From the IMG/VR virus record IMGVR_UViG_3300030104_001945, positions 234-64,233 of that record: 64,000 nucleotides of DNA; one strand, 5' to 3'. How positions within the stretch are numbered: position 1 is the first letter of the stretch; every line of letters begins with the position of its first letter. The notes under the pieces are model-generated. The model saw nothing but the letters and a program-made list of their open reading frames with translations. It made no database searches and had not been told where the DNA came from. Of this stretch, positions 1 through 9,760 are shown piece by piece. The position numbers were made by a program, and so were the translations under genes. Source of the DNA: a virus (lineage: Duplodnaviria > Caudoviricetes).

Positions 1-135
1 ATGTATGGAATCTCTAATTTCTTATATGAATGTATATGAATCTAAACCTGAAGAATATAAAAAAAATCTTAAAACCCAAGGATATTGTTTACCCTTTGAA
101 TCATTTCCTATAAAAGGTATACATAACTTTAATTT

Positions 136-1647
136 ATGAAACAAGAACTCGTAGAGAAAGCTAGGAATATTCTTTTAGATCCGAAAGTATCTAAAAACGT
201 AAAAGAACAAGTTTTCGAAATACTAGAAAAACAAAGAACAAAAGCTACTAATAGTGCTGCGCATTCTGGAATTTTGGATTATGCTAAACATATGTATCCG
301 GGATATAGTGATCCTGCACATATAAAACTTATTGGACAAAACCTAGAAAGTTTAGAGAAAGGCGAGATTGATAGATTAGCTATCTTTATGCCACCACGAC
401 ATGGCAAGTCCATGCTTTGCTCGGAATTTTTTCCAGCGTGGTATCTTGGACGTAACCCTAGAAATTTTGTAATTCAATCCACTTATGCTCAAGAACTAGC
501 TGATGATTTTGGACGCAAGGTGCGTAACCAATTAAAATCAGAAGATTTCATGAGAGTATTTGAGGGTGTAGGATTAAGAGATGATTCAAGCTCAGCGAAA
601 CGTTTTCACACAGTACATGGCGGGACGTATAGCGCAGTCGGTGCTGGTGGTGCTATTACAGGTAGAGGTGCACATTTATTAATTATTGATGATCCTATAA
701 AAGGGCGTGAAGAAGCAGAGTCCGGGCTTCAGAGAAGAAACTTAATCGAATGGTACAAAGCAGTCGCTTACACGAGATTACAGCCGGGAGGTAAAGTTAT
801 ATTAATTCAAACTCGATGGCACGAAGAAGATTTAGCTGGATGGATATTAGAGAACTCAGGTGAAAACTGGAAAGTTTTAGACCTACCAGCAATAAATGCG
901 AATGGTGATGCGTTGTGGCCAGAAGCATATCCCGTGTCTAAGTTAGAAAAAATTAAAGCGACAGTTGGAGATAGAGTATGGGAGTCATTATACCAGCAAC
1001 GTCCTACAGCAGAACAAGGTGCTATACTCAAGAGAGATTGGTGGCGAAAATTGGATCACGAACCTCAATACGATTTTATCGTTCAAAGTTATGATACTGC
1101 TTTTAGTACGAGAGAATCTGCTGACTTTTCAGCGAGAACGACATGGGGAGTATTCTCTCGTGTAAACGAAGATGGTCAAATAGAAGCATGTATACATTTA
1201 ATTGAAGCATGGAAAGACAGAGTAGAGTATCCTGATTTAAGAAGAATAGCCCAAGAAGCATATTGGGATATGAAACCTAATTTAGTATTAGTCGAGAAAC
1301 GTGCATCAGGACAATCATTACTTCAAGATTTAAGACGTGCAGGTATTCCTGTTCATGAATTTAGACCAGATAAAGATAAAGTTTCAAGAGCACATGCAGT
1401 CGCTCCCATGTTAGAGAGTGGTCTAATATGGATTCCCGATAAAGAAATATGGGTTGATGAACTTCTCGCAGAATGCGCAGCTTTCCCTTATGGAAAGCAC
1501 GATGATTACGTTGATACATGTACTCAAGCTTGGCAGTTAATAAAAGAACAGTATTTAGTAGCGCATCCGCTAGATCCAGATTTATTTGACGAATGGGACG
1601 ATAAACCGATAAAAACAAATTTAATAGAAAAGAGATATTATAGTTAG
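136..1647 (+). CDS. terL: Terminase large subunit
   Basis: Walker A MPPRHGKS, Walker B LLIIDDP, coupling motif IQTRW, C-terminal nuclease SYDTAF...HDDYVD. Confidence 0.96.
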   Translation: MKQELVEKARNILLDPKVSKNVKEQVFEILEKQRTKATNSAAHSGILDYAKHMYPGYSDPAHIKLIGQNLESLEKGEIDRLAIFMPPRHGKSMLCSEFFPAWYLGRNPRNFVIQSTYAQELADDFGRKVRNQLKSEDFMRVFEGVGLRDDSSSAKRFHTVHGGTYSAVGAGGAITGRGAHLLIIDDPIKGREEAESGLQRRNLIEWYKAVAYTRLQPGGKVILIQTRWHEEDLAGWILENSGENWKVLDLPAINANGDALWPEAYPVSKLEKIKATVGDRVWESLYQQRPTAEQGAILKRDWWRKLDHEPQYDFIVQSYDTAFSTRESADFSARTTWGVFSRVNEDGQIEACIHLIEAWKDRVEYPDLRRIAQEAYWDMKPNLVLVEKRASGQSLLQDLRRAGIPVHEFRPDKDKVSRAHAVAPMLESGLIWIPDKEIWVDELLAECAAFPYGKHDDYVDTCTQAWQLIKEQYLVAHPLDPDLFDEWDDKPIKTNLIEKRYYS

Positions 1648-1691
1648 ACAAGTGAATGTAACTAGTATAGATATTTTATAATAAGGAGGTC

Positions 1692-1907
1692 ATGATGACT
1701 GCAATGTATAAACCAACGAAAGACAGACCGAGTAGAGGCTTGCAATATGCTGCAGCTTATAACGAAGCTGAAAATCGTTTTTATTCAAAACATCCTGAAA
1801 GAAGAAAAGATAATTCAATGATTCAAAAAGCAATGAATAATCCAGGCTTACTTGTTGAGGAAGTTGAAGATAAAAAAATTAACACTGTTCCATATGGAAA
1901 GGACTAA
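1692..1907 (+). CDS. Hypothetical protein
   Basis: ORF with strong SD (AAGGAGGT) immediately upstream. Confidence 0.7.
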   Translation: MMTAMYKPTKDRPSRGLQYAAAYNEAENRFYSKHPERRKDNSMIQKAMNNPGLLVEEVEDKKINTVPYGKD

Positions 1908-1910
1908 ACT

Positions 1911-2063
1911 ATGAAAAAACAAGGTTATAATGCTCGTAAAGATGAGCAACTAGGAATGACTAGAGGTAAACAAGCTGGCAAAAAAATGTCAATGGCTGGA
2001 AGAAGAAAAGTAGCGAAAGCAACTCGTAAACCTAAAGGCTCTTACGGATTCAAAAAGAAGTAG
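1911..2063 (+). CDS. Small basic protein (50 aa)
   Basis: Read by eye: MKKQGYNARKDEQLGMTRGKQAGKKMSMAGRRKVAKATRKPKGSYGFKKK; fills gap between flanking ORFs, AAGGA upstream. Confidence 0.65.
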   Translation: MKKQGYNARKDEQLGMTRGKQAGKKMSMAGRRKVAKATRKPKGSYGFKKK

Positions 2064-2070
2064 GTATAAC

Positions 2071-2295
2071 ATGATGAGAGGATATAAAAATCCCGACACT
2101 CCACAAAAGTTTAGGGAAAAACATGCGAATCAATTAGATTCTCAAAAAAGAAAACTTCAGAATGGTTATTCTTGCGATGTAGGAAGTGCAAAGATGAATG
2201 TGATGGGATTAAGTCTAGGAGGTTCAGCTTCGACTGTTACTCCAGCTAAACCTCGTAATGCGAGTGCTTCTATATTTAAAACAACTAAAGTTTAA
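2071..2295 (+). CDS. Small basic hypothetical protein
   Basis: Tightly packed ORF in operon. Confidence 0.6.
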   Translation: MMRGYKNPDTPQKFREKHANQLDSQKRKLQNGYSCDVGSAKMNVMGLSLGGSASTVTPAKPRNASASIFKTTKV

Positions 2296-2296
2296 C

Positions 2297-2383
2297 ATGG
2301 ACCCTACGGAGTGTTGTCCTGTATGCGGTTGTGATAAAACTAAATGCATTTGTGGAGATGAATGCGAATCTTGCGGTGCATAG
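2297..2383 (+). CDS. Cys-rich micropeptide (28 aa, metallothionein-like)
   Basis: MDPTECCPVCGCDKTKCICGDECESCGA, 8 Cys; exactly fills gap between flanking ORFs. Confidence 0.6.
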   Translation: MDPTECCPVCGCDKTKCICGDECESCGA

Positions 2384-2509
2384 ATGCCATTTAAATCCAA
2401 AAAACAACGATCATTTCTATATGCAAATAAACCAGAAATCGCAAAGAAATGGTCAAAAAAATATGGGAGTAAAATAGCTAAAAAAGAAACCAAGAAAAAA
2501 AGGAAATAA
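2384..2509 (+). CDS. Small basic protein (41 aa)
   Basis: MPFKSKKQRSFLYANKPEIAKKWSKKYGSKIAKKETKKKRK; ATG directly follows previous stop. Confidence 0.7.
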   Translation: MPFKSKKQRSFLYANKPEIAKKWSKKYGSKIAKKETKKKRK

Positions 2510-2513
2510 TATT

Positions 2514-2762
2514 ATGGCACTTAGCGATAAAGAATTAAAAAAATTAAAACAAATGATGCCTGGTGCGGCAGCATCAGCTTTAAAAAATATCATGAAAGGA
2601 CAACGTGAACGTAATAAAGCAGATAGACATCCACCAAAATCAAAGTTAAAGACAGTACCACGAACTAAACAAAAAACAAAAAAAACAGCGCCACGAGCAG
2701 GAGCAGGAAAAGCTAAAAAATCTGACATTATGGCTCTATATAAAAGAATGAAAAAAAGATAA
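2514..2762 (+). CDS. Lys/Arg-rich small protein
   Basis: ORF track; highly basic. Confidence 0.65.
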   Translation: MALSDKELKKLKQMMPGAAASALKNIMKGQRERNKADRHPPKSKLKTVPRTKQKTKKTAPRAGAGKAKKSDIMALYKRMKKR

Positions 2763-2938
2763 TGGTTACTAAAAAATTTGATAGACGATATGGTCAACCA
2801 GTTTTTGTAGGACTTGCGGGAGAAGGTGCTCTTGGAAATTTATTAGCAGATCATTATAATAAGGGAAAATTAAGTAGAGCTGATGTAAAAGAAATTTTAG
2901 ATTACAAAAAATCATTAAACAAGAAAAAGAAAAAATAA
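2762..2938 (+). CDS. Small hypothetical protein (58 aa)
   Basis: TAATG coupling at both ends; Lys-rich tail. Confidence 0.6.
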   Translation: MVTKKFDRRYGQPVFVGLAGEGALGNLLADHYNKGKLSRADVKEILDYKKSLNKKKKK

Positions 2939-3114
2939 TGGCAAAAAATTGGATTCAAAAAGCAATTAAAAAACCAGGTGCTTTACGAAAATCTTTAGGA
3001 GTTAAAAAAGGTAAAAAAATTCCTAAAAGTACTTTAAATAAAGCAGCTAAGTCTAAAGGTAAATTAGGTCAACGTGCACGATTAGCTAAAACCTTAAAAG
3101 GTTTTAAAAAGTAG
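2938..3114 (+). CDS. Small basic protein (58 aa)
   Basis: MAKNWIQKAIKKPGALRKSLGVKKGKKIP...GQRARLAKTLKGFKK; coupled to portal GTG start. Confidence 0.75.
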   Translation: MAKNWIQKAIKKPGALRKSLGVKKGKKIPKSTLNKAAKSKGKLGQRARLAKTLKGFKK

Positions 3115-5447
3115 TGGTAGAAGAAGTAATAAGTTTAGAGGAAGTACAAGTTGAACTTCCAGAAGAAGATATATTAGAAACTGGTGTTGAAATAAATCTT
3201 GAAGAAGAAGAAGAATTTGTAAATCCGTTAGATACAGATCATTATTCAAATCTCGCAGAGAGTATGGATAAAAATAAATTAGGTCGTATTGCTGCAGATT
3301 TATTTGATAAATATGAAAGTGATGTATCCAGTCGAAAAGATTGGGCAGATCAATATTCAAAAGGTTTACGCATGCTCGGTGTTATTACTGAAGATAGGTC
3401 AGACCCATTTCCAGGTGCATCGGGTGTTCATCATCCCCTAATGGCAGAAGCTGCTACGCAGTTTCAAGCAAGAGCCATTGCGGAGATGTTTCCTCCTGGC
3501 GGACCTGTAAAGACACAGATCATAGGAAAAGTAACTGATGAAAAAATGAAACAAGCATCAAGAGTTCAGGAATTTATGAATTATCAACTGACTCAAGAAA
3601 TGCCTGAATATTTTGGAGAGTTAGACCAGTTATTATTTTATTTGGCAGTGTCAGGGTCCGCATTTAAAAAAGTTTATTATGATTCAACATTAGAAAGAGT
3701 ACGTTCTTCTTTTATACCAGCAGAAGATTTTGTAGTATCTTATGGAAGTAATGATTTAGAAACTTGTGAAAGATATACTCAAGTGATGAAAATAACTTCA
3801 AATGATTTAAGAAAACAAATAGCTTCTGGTTTTTATAAAGAAATAAAAATTAATAGTGATACTAATGATGATGAAGTTAATACAGTAGCTTCAACTATTC
3901 ATAGATTAGAGGGAGTATCTGATACATTAGGTGAAAATATTCATACTGTTTTAGAAATTCACTGTGATTATAATATAGAAAATGAAGATGATGAAAATGC
4001 AATAGCACTTCCTTACATTATTACTATTGATAGTGCATCACAACAAGTATTAGCTATCAGAAGAAACTGGAAAGAAGATGATAAGTTACAGAAAAAAAGA
4101 ACTTATTACATTCATTATAAATATTTACCAGGTTTAGGTTTCTATGGCTTTGGTTTAATTCACATGATTGGTGGATTACAACACGCTGCGACAGGAGCAT
4201 TACGAGCATTACTCGATTCTGCAGCATTCGCTAACTTAAATGGTGGATTTAAAGCAAAAGGAGCACGAATAGAAGGTGGAGATATGACTGTTTCCCCTGG
4301 AGCATGGCTAGAAGTAGAAGCATATGGCGATGATTTAAAAAAATCGTTTATGCAACTACCATTTAAAGAGCCTTCTCCTACTTTAATGCAACTTTTAGGA
4401 ATTTTAACTGAATCTGGAAGACGTTTTTCAAGTATTGCTGATGCTATGGTAGGTGATGCAGCGGGAACTTCACCAGTTGGAACGACTATTGCACAAATAG
4501 AACAAGGAAGTAAGATATTTTCTGCTATTCATAAGAGAGTACATCACGCTCAAGGCTTAGAATTAAAATTAATAGGCGAATTAGATGGTGAATATCTTCC
4601 AAATGAATATCCATATGAAGTAGTTGGCGATGCTATGTCAGTAAGACGTGCTGATTTTGATAATAGAATAGATATTATACCAGTTTCTGACCCAAATATT
4701 TTTTCTCAAGCACAAAGAATAGCTTTAGCACAGACTACACTTCAAATGGCTCAACAAGCACCTCAAATTATAGATATAAAAGAAGCATATAAAAGATTAA
4801 TAACAGCTTTATCTTTACCAGATCCAGATTCTTTAATAATTGATGACGATGATATTATGCGACGTGATCCAGTGTCAGAGAATATGGCATTATTAAATGG
4901 AAAACCAATAAAAGCTTTTTTAGATCAAAATCATGCTGCTCATATGGCGGTTCATGAACAATTTATTTCTGATCCTCGTTATGGTGGAAGAAAAGAAGCA
5001 CAAGAAGCTTTATTAGGACCAATGTTAGCGCATATAGGCGAACATTTAGCTTTCCAATATCGTCAACAAATGCAACAATTAGTCGATCAAGTTTCAGGAC
5101 AACCAATTCAATTACCAATTCCTGATTTTGATGATGATAATAAAAATGAAGATGAACAAGAACTGCCAATAGAAATGGAAAATGAATTAGCTGCATTTGA
5201 AGCACAATCTGCTCAAATGTTGGCAGAATCACAACCTCAAGATCCAGCTCAAGTTAAAGAACAACGTATGGCAGCAAGTGATGAGGCTAATATTGCCATA
5301 AAACAAGAAGAAATGAATATTAGAAAAGAACGATTTGTTGCAGGTGAAAAAAATAATGAAAGAACACAAAATAGAAAAGACAGAGAGCTTCAGTTAAAAG
5401 CAGTGGAAATAATGGATAAACAAAAAAATAAAAAAAGTGGAAAATAA
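3114..5447 (+). CDS. Portal protein (P22-like podovirus type)
   Basis: 777 aa downstream of TerL; helical, GFYGFGLIH segment, long Q/E-rich C-terminal barrel. Confidence 0.88.
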   Translation: MVEEVISLEEVQVELPEEDILETGVEINLEEEEEFVNPLDTDHYSNLAESMDKNKLGRIAADLFDKYESDVSSRKDWADQYSKGLRMLGVITEDRSDPFPGASGVHHPLMAEAATQFQARAIAEMFPPGGPVKTQIIGKVTDEKMKQASRVQEFMNYQLTQEMPEYFGELDQLLFYLAVSGSAFKKVYYDSTLERVRSSFIPAEDFVVSYGSNDLETCERYTQVMKITSNDLRKQIASGFYKEIKINSDTNDDEVNTVASTIHRLEGVSDTLGENIHTVLEIHCDYNIENEDDENAIALPYIITIDSASQQVLAIRRNWKEDDKLQKKRTYYIHYKYLPGLGFYGFGLIHMIGGLQHAATGALRALLDSAAFANLNGGFKAKGARIEGGDMTVSPGAWLEVEAYGDDLKKSFMQLPFKEPSPTLMQLLGILTESGRRFSSIADAMVGDAAGTSPVGTTIAQIEQGSKIFSAIHKRVHHAQGLELKLIGELDGEYLPNEYPYEVVGDAMSVRRADFDNRIDIIPVSDPNIFSQAQRIALAQTTLQMAQQAPQIIDIKEAYKRLITALSLPDPDSLIIDDDDIMRRDPVSENMALLNGKPIKAFLDQNHAAHMAVHEQFISDPRYGGRKEAQEALLGPMLAHIGEHLAFQYRQQMQQLVDQVSGQPIQLPIPDFDDDNKNEDEQELPIEMENELAAFEAQSAQMLAESQPQDPAQVKEQRMAASDEANIAIKQEEMNIRKERFVAGEKNNERTQNRKDRELQLKAVEIMDKQKNKKSGK

Positions 5448-5694
5448 AATAAGACCTACAGGAGAAGAAATAAGAAAAGCAAAAAAATTTCTTCGTAATA
5501 AAAAAGTACCACTTAGTTTATTTAAACCTAATTTATTTGCAGCATCAAGTAAAGAAATTGGACAAAATTTTGATGGTACATTTAGTACTTTAATGAATGT
5601 ATATACATCAGGAAACCCATACTACAAACGGAGATTAAAAAATGGTAACAATACCGCCGATACAAGCGATACTACAAGAAATAAAAAAGTATAA
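5437..5694 (+). CDS. Hypothetical protein
   Basis: ORF overlapping portal stop. Confidence 0.55.
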   Translation: MENKIRPTGEEIRKAKKFLRNKKVPLSLFKPNLFAASSKEIGQNFDGTFSTLMNVYTSGNPYYKRRLKNGNNTADTSDTTRNKKV

Positions 5695-5848
5695 AAAAGA
5701 ATTAGCTAGTAAATCACTAGCACCAGGTTTTGATACGTTTGAGGCGTATCAGAAAGCAAAAGGAATAGCTGAAGGTTTAGATAAAGCTTCAGATATTTGT
5801 TTAGAAATTGAAAAACGTTATATTCAAGGAGATGATACGGATGATTAG
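5642..5848 (+). CDS. Hypothetical protein upstream of GroES
   Basis: Short helical ORF (FEAYQKAKGIAEGL) in the position usually preceding phage GroES. Confidence 0.65.
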   Translation: MVTIPPIQAILQEIKKYKKELASKSLAPGFDTFEAYQKAKGIAEGLDKASDICLEIEKRYIQGDDTDD

Positions 5849-6215
5849 AAATGAAGAATGGTTTACTGATGACGACATAGCCGATCCTAGTAGTAAAGAT
5901 TTACCAAAACCTTGTGGTTGGAGAATTTTAGTTCGACCTGCAGGAATGGTAAAAAAATCAAAAGGTGGAATTATTTTAACTGATAAAAATGTACAAGAAC
6001 AACAATACTTAAATTCTAAAGGTAGAATAATTGCTATGGGAAGTGAATGTTATAATAATAGAAGCACAAATTGGTGTACAACAGGGGACCATATTGTATA
6101 TAGTAGATATGCAGGATCAAAAATTGACGTTAAAGGCGTTAAGTTGCTCTTGCTCAATGATGATGAGGTATTGGCTGTATTACCAAATCCAGATGCAATA
6201 ACTCAAAATCTTTAA
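5808..6215 (+). CDS. groES: Co-chaperonin GroES/Cpn10 (true start probably 5832 or 5841)
   Basis: KPCGWRILV, KSKGGIILT mobile loop, GDHIVYSRYAGSKI, LLNDDEVLAV. Confidence 0.93.
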   Translation: MKNVIFKEMIRMIRNEEWFTDDDIADPSSKDLPKPCGWRILVRPAGMVKKSKGGIILTDKNVQEQQYLNSKGRIIAMGSECYNNRSTNWCTTGDHIVYSRYAGSKIDVKGVKLLLLNDDEVLAVLPNPDAITQNL

Positions 6216-6253
6216 TACGCACTTGTTGCGACAATACATAGGGAGAAAAAACT

Positions 6254-7168
6254 ATGACAGACGATGTGAAAGATATTACACCCGATAATGAAATCGAGGT
6301 AAAAATAATCGAAAGTGAAGTTGATCAACTAAAAGAAGAATCTAATCCTCTTGAAGTTAATCAAGAAGAAAAACCTCAACAGTCCGCCGAACCAGAAGAT
6401 TTAAGTAAAACAGTTGAATCTCTACGAAGTGAATTAGAGGAAATAAAAAAGGAACCTTATAGTGCTCGTGTTAAAACTCGAATTGCTAAAGAAGTTTCAA
6501 AAAGAAAAGCAGAAGAAGATAAATCTAAAATGCTTGAAGAAAGGTTAGCTAAATTAGAAAGTGCTGCACAACAACAAGATAAGAGTAGTCTTGAAAATCA
6601 ATATCAAACAGTTTCAAAAGATTTAAAAGAAGCTATTGAAGGTGGAGATACTGAAAAACAAGTAAGACTAATGGACGAGATGGCTGACGTAAGAAGTAAA
6701 ATTCAAAACGTTCAACAACCTGCTCCTGAAGTTAAACCACCAGCACCTCAAATCCCTGAAATAACTCAACAATGGATTCAAAATAATTCTCATTGGTGGA
6801 ATAAACCAGGGCATAGAGCAGCAACCCAAACAGCATTTGGAATTGACGCTGATTTAACAGAAGAAGGATATGATGTCGCTGATCCTGAATATTATACAGA
6901 AATGGATAAAAGAATGAGCAAATTATACCCTGACTTAGTTAAAACAGCAGAAAGTTCTGTTCAAAACCAAGAAAAAGATGTAGAAAATAAACCAAGAGTG
7001 CAATCACCTGTAGCCGGTGTTTCTCGATCAAATCAAGGAACCGCTAAAAGTGTAAGATTGACATCTGATGATTTACAGAACGCTGTTACGTTCGGTATTG
7101 ATATTAATGATCCATCCGCACTAAAGAGATACGCAAAAGAACTTGCAAATCTCAACACGGGAACATAG
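6254..7168 (+). CDS. Probable capsid scaffolding protein
   Basis: Acidic coiled-coil protein between portal and capsid genes. Confidence 0.7.
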   Translation: MTDDVKDITPDNEIEVKIIESEVDQLKEESNPLEVNQEEKPQQSAEPEDLSKTVESLRSELEEIKKEPYSARVKTRIAKEVSKRKAEEDKSKMLEERLAKLESAAQQQDKSSLENQYQTVSKDLKEAIEGGDTEKQVRLMDEMADVRSKIQNVQQPAPEVKPPAPQIPEITQQWIQNNSHWWNKPGHRAATQTAFGIDADLTEEGYDVADPEYYTEMDKRMSKLYPDLVKTAESSVQNQEKDVENKPRVQSPVAGVSRSNQGTAKSVRLTSDDLQNAVTFGIDINDPSALKRYAKELANLNTGT

Positions 7169-7640
7169 GAGCCTGATTATGACAAAAGAAAAAAGCACTT
7201 CTCTAAAAATAGAGAGAGAAACACGTGATGAAAGTACACGAATAAAAGAGTGGAAACCACCTTCTTTATTAGAAGCACCTCCAGCTAGGCCTGGCTACAA
7301 GCAGAGATGGGTTGCAACTAAAATACTTGGGGTAGATAATCCTACTAACTGGGCAAAACGCCGACGTGAAGGTTGGGAGCCAAGAAAACCTGAAACTATG
7401 GAAGGTTTTCATGCACCAACAATTGAACATGGGCAATATGCAGGGTTTATAGGAATCGAAGGTATGGTACTGTGCGAAATGCCAGAAGAAATGGTTAACC
7501 AGCGAAACGCTTACTATCAGAACAAAACAGATGCTCAGATGGAAAGTGTTAAAAGTGACTTACATAGAGCTGAGTCCCCTGGGAATCCAATTCATCGAGA
7601 CCATAAAACCAGTGTTACTAGAGGTGGAATCAAAGAATAA
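7143..7640 (+). CDS. Conserved head-module protein (start probably 7179)
   Basis: WKPPSLL...RWV...REGWEP; AGGAG precedes ATG 7179. Confidence 0.6.
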   Translation: MQISTREHRSLIMTKEKSTSLKIERETRDESTRIKEWKPPSLLEAPPARPGYKQRWVATKILGVDNPTNWAKRRREGWEPRKPETMEGFHAPTIEHGQYAGFIGIEGMVLCEMPEEMVNQRNAYYQNKTDAQMESVKSDLHRAESPGNPIHRDHKTSVTRGGIKE

Positions 7641-7668
7641 TAACGTAGCATAGCTAAAAGGAAATATT

Positions 7669-8238
7669 ATGGCTAATACAGACGCACCTAGTGGTTTTAC
7701 ACCACTAAGACACCTTACAGGTGGCGTTATACGTGCCAACGAATATGAAATTGCCAACTCGCAGGCAGATACTTTTTCTTATGGTGACATAGTCACTATG
7801 GATGCATCTGGCCAACTTGATGGTTTTGCCAATAACAAAAATGCTATTGGTATTTTCTATGGCGTTGAGTACATTGATGACGCAACAGGTAATGTTGAGT
7901 TCGTTAAACGTTGGAAGGGCGGTTCTACAGTAAAATCTGGAACTACTCCTAAAGCATATGTTTATGACGATCCAAACATTACTTTTTCAGTACAAGCAGG
8001 CAATGGGGCCATTACACAAGCAAACGTGGGAGAACTTTGCAACGTGTTATTAACAGCATCAACAACTCCTTACTTCCATTCAAGACACGAAGCAGATATG
8101 GATACTTTAGCCACTACTGCAAAAGTGTTAAGAATTTTAAGAGTTGAACCGATACCTGGGAACGAAACAGCAGAAAATGCTAAAATAGAGGTTGTAATTA
8201 ACAATCACTTATTCGGTACTCAGAATGCAGGAATATAG
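7669..8238 (+). CDS. Capsid decoration/auxiliary protein
   Basis: Beta-rich protein immediately upstream of the major capsid gene. Confidence 0.65.
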   Translation: MANTDAPSGFTPLRHLTGGVIRANEYEIANSQADTFSYGDIVTMDASGQLDGFANNKNAIGIFYGVEYIDDATGNVEFVKRWKGGSTVKSGTTPKAYVYDDPNITFSVQAGNGAITQANVGELCNVLLTASTTPYFHSRHEADMDTLATTAKVLRILRVEPIPGNETAENAKIEVVINNHLFGTQNAGI

Positions 8239-8247
8239 GGGTATAGC

Positions 8248-9165
8248 ATGGCATTAAATAGATCATTATTTACAAAACAGCTAAACCTCGGTCTAAACAC
8301 TATTTTTGGTATGGAATACGATATGTACCCAGAACAGTGGAGACAAGTATTTAGCACAGAGTCATCCAAAAAAGCATTTGAAGAAGATGTTCAAATGTAT
8401 GGATTCGGAGCAGCTCCGGTTAAAGCTGAAGGCGCAGCTATCTCTTATGATAGTGGTGCTGAAGGTATCGTTGCAAGATACGTTCATGAAACTATCGCAC
8501 TTGCTTTTGCAATTACTGAAGAAGCAGAGGAAGATGGTCTTTATGGATCACTTGGAGCAAAATATGCGAAAGCACTTGCTCGTTCAATGCAACATACTAA
8601 AGAAATCAAAGGTATGAACGTTCTTAATAACGGTTTTTCTACTTCTGCAAGTCCAGTACTTGGTGGAGATGGTAAAACGTTAATGGCTACTGATCACCCT
8701 CTAGGTGGCGGTGGTACAGGTTCAAACCAACTAGCAACTAATGCAGACTTAACAGAAACTTCTCTTGAAGCAATGTTAATTCTAATTTCTGAGATGAAAG
8801 ACGATAGAAGTATTCCGATTGCAGCTCAGGGCATGAAACTAGTGGTTCCACCTGAACTAATGTTCATAGCTGAAAGAATTGTTGCAAGTAACCTACGACC
8901 AGGTACTGCTGACAATGACGTCAACGCAATGAAAAATATGGGAATGATCCCACAAGGTGTTGCAGTTAACCAAAGACTAACTGACCCTGATGCGTACTTC
9001 ATGATTACTGATGTACCTGATGGACTAAAACACTTTGTAAGACGTGCTATCAAAAAATCCGTTGAAGGAGATTTTGAATCAGGCAACTTGCGTTACAAAG
9101 TTTCTGAAAGATACTCATTCGGTTTCACTGACTGGAGAGGTTGTTTCGGAACTCCGGGCGCATAG
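8248..9165 (+). CDS. Major capsid protein (HK97 fold, Mu gpT-like)
   Basis: 305 aa; KAEGAAISYD, ALAFAITEEAEED, LVVPPEL, ERYSFGFTDWRG; followed by a terminator. Confidence 0.9.
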   Translation: MALNRSLFTKQLNLGLNTIFGMEYDMYPEQWRQVFSTESSKKAFEEDVQMYGFGAAPVKAEGAAISYDSGAEGIVARYVHETIALAFAITEEAEEDGLYGSLGAKYAKALARSMQHTKEIKGMNVLNNGFSTSASPVLGGDGKTLMATDHPLGGGGTGSNQLATNADLTETSLEAMLILISEMKDDRSIPIAAQGMKLVVPPELMFIAERIVASNLRPGTADNDVNAMKNMGMIPQGVAVNQRLTDPDAYFMITDVPDGLKHFVRRAIKKSVEGDFESGNLRYKVSERYSFGFTDWRGCFGTPGA

Positions 9166-9178
9166 ATTAATAATTTAT

Positions 9179-9205
9179 AAAGGGGCGAAATGGTTTCGCC
9201 CTTTT
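9179..9205 (+). terminator. Intrinsic terminator after capsid gene
   Basis: AAAGGGGCGAAA-TGG-TTTCGCCCTTTT hairpin. Confidence 0.75.
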
Positions 9206-9246
9206 ATCCCCAAAGACTTAAACGACTACTAATAAGGAGGTAGACA

Positions 9247-9723
9247 ATGGGAACAACTACTTTTTCTGGTCCTATAAAGGCTGGAACAATTAAAGAAACT
9301 ACAGGTACTACATTAGGTACCGATGTAAAAAACACAGGTCAAGTTGTAATGGCACAAACATTTTCAACTGGAACTGCACTTTCAAGTGGTGCTTCAGCAG
9401 CTAATACAACTACTGTTGTAATACCAGCTAATTCACAAATCATTGATATAGTACTTGATAAACCAACTGTAATGGCGGGTGCTACATGTACTTTTAGCAT
9501 CGGTGATACTGTTGGTGGAAACGCTACTTTTATCAATGCATATGATGTCACAATCGCTTCTGGCGTTGGAAGAGCATATCCAACAACACAAGCTGGTGGT
9601 GCTTTAGCATGGGCTGATACAGGAACTGCAGATAAAAAAATAACATGGACTAGTACTGGTGCTACAAGTGCTGGTGAAATTAGAGCTACTATTTTGTATC
9701 AACAAAATAATAACTTAGCATAG
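9247..9723 (+). CDS. Virion structural protein
   Basis: Thr/Gly-rich beta protein, strong SD AAGGAGGT. Confidence 0.7.
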   Translation: MGTTTFSGPIKAGTIKETTGTTLGTDVKNTGQVVMAQTFSTGTALSSGASAANTTTVVIPANSQIIDIVLDKPTVMAGATCTFSIGDTVGGNATFINAYDVTIASGVGRAYPTTQAGGALAWADTGTADKKITWTSTGATSAGEIRATILYQQNNNLA

Positions 9724-9733
9724 AATAAAGGGA

Positions 9734-9756
9734 GTGGCTCTTCGGAGCCACTTTAA
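9734..9756 (+). terminator. Hairpin with UUCG tetraloop, probable terminator
   Basis: GTGGCTC-TTCG-GAGCCAC-TTTAA. Confidence 0.6.
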
Positions 9757-9760
9757 TATT

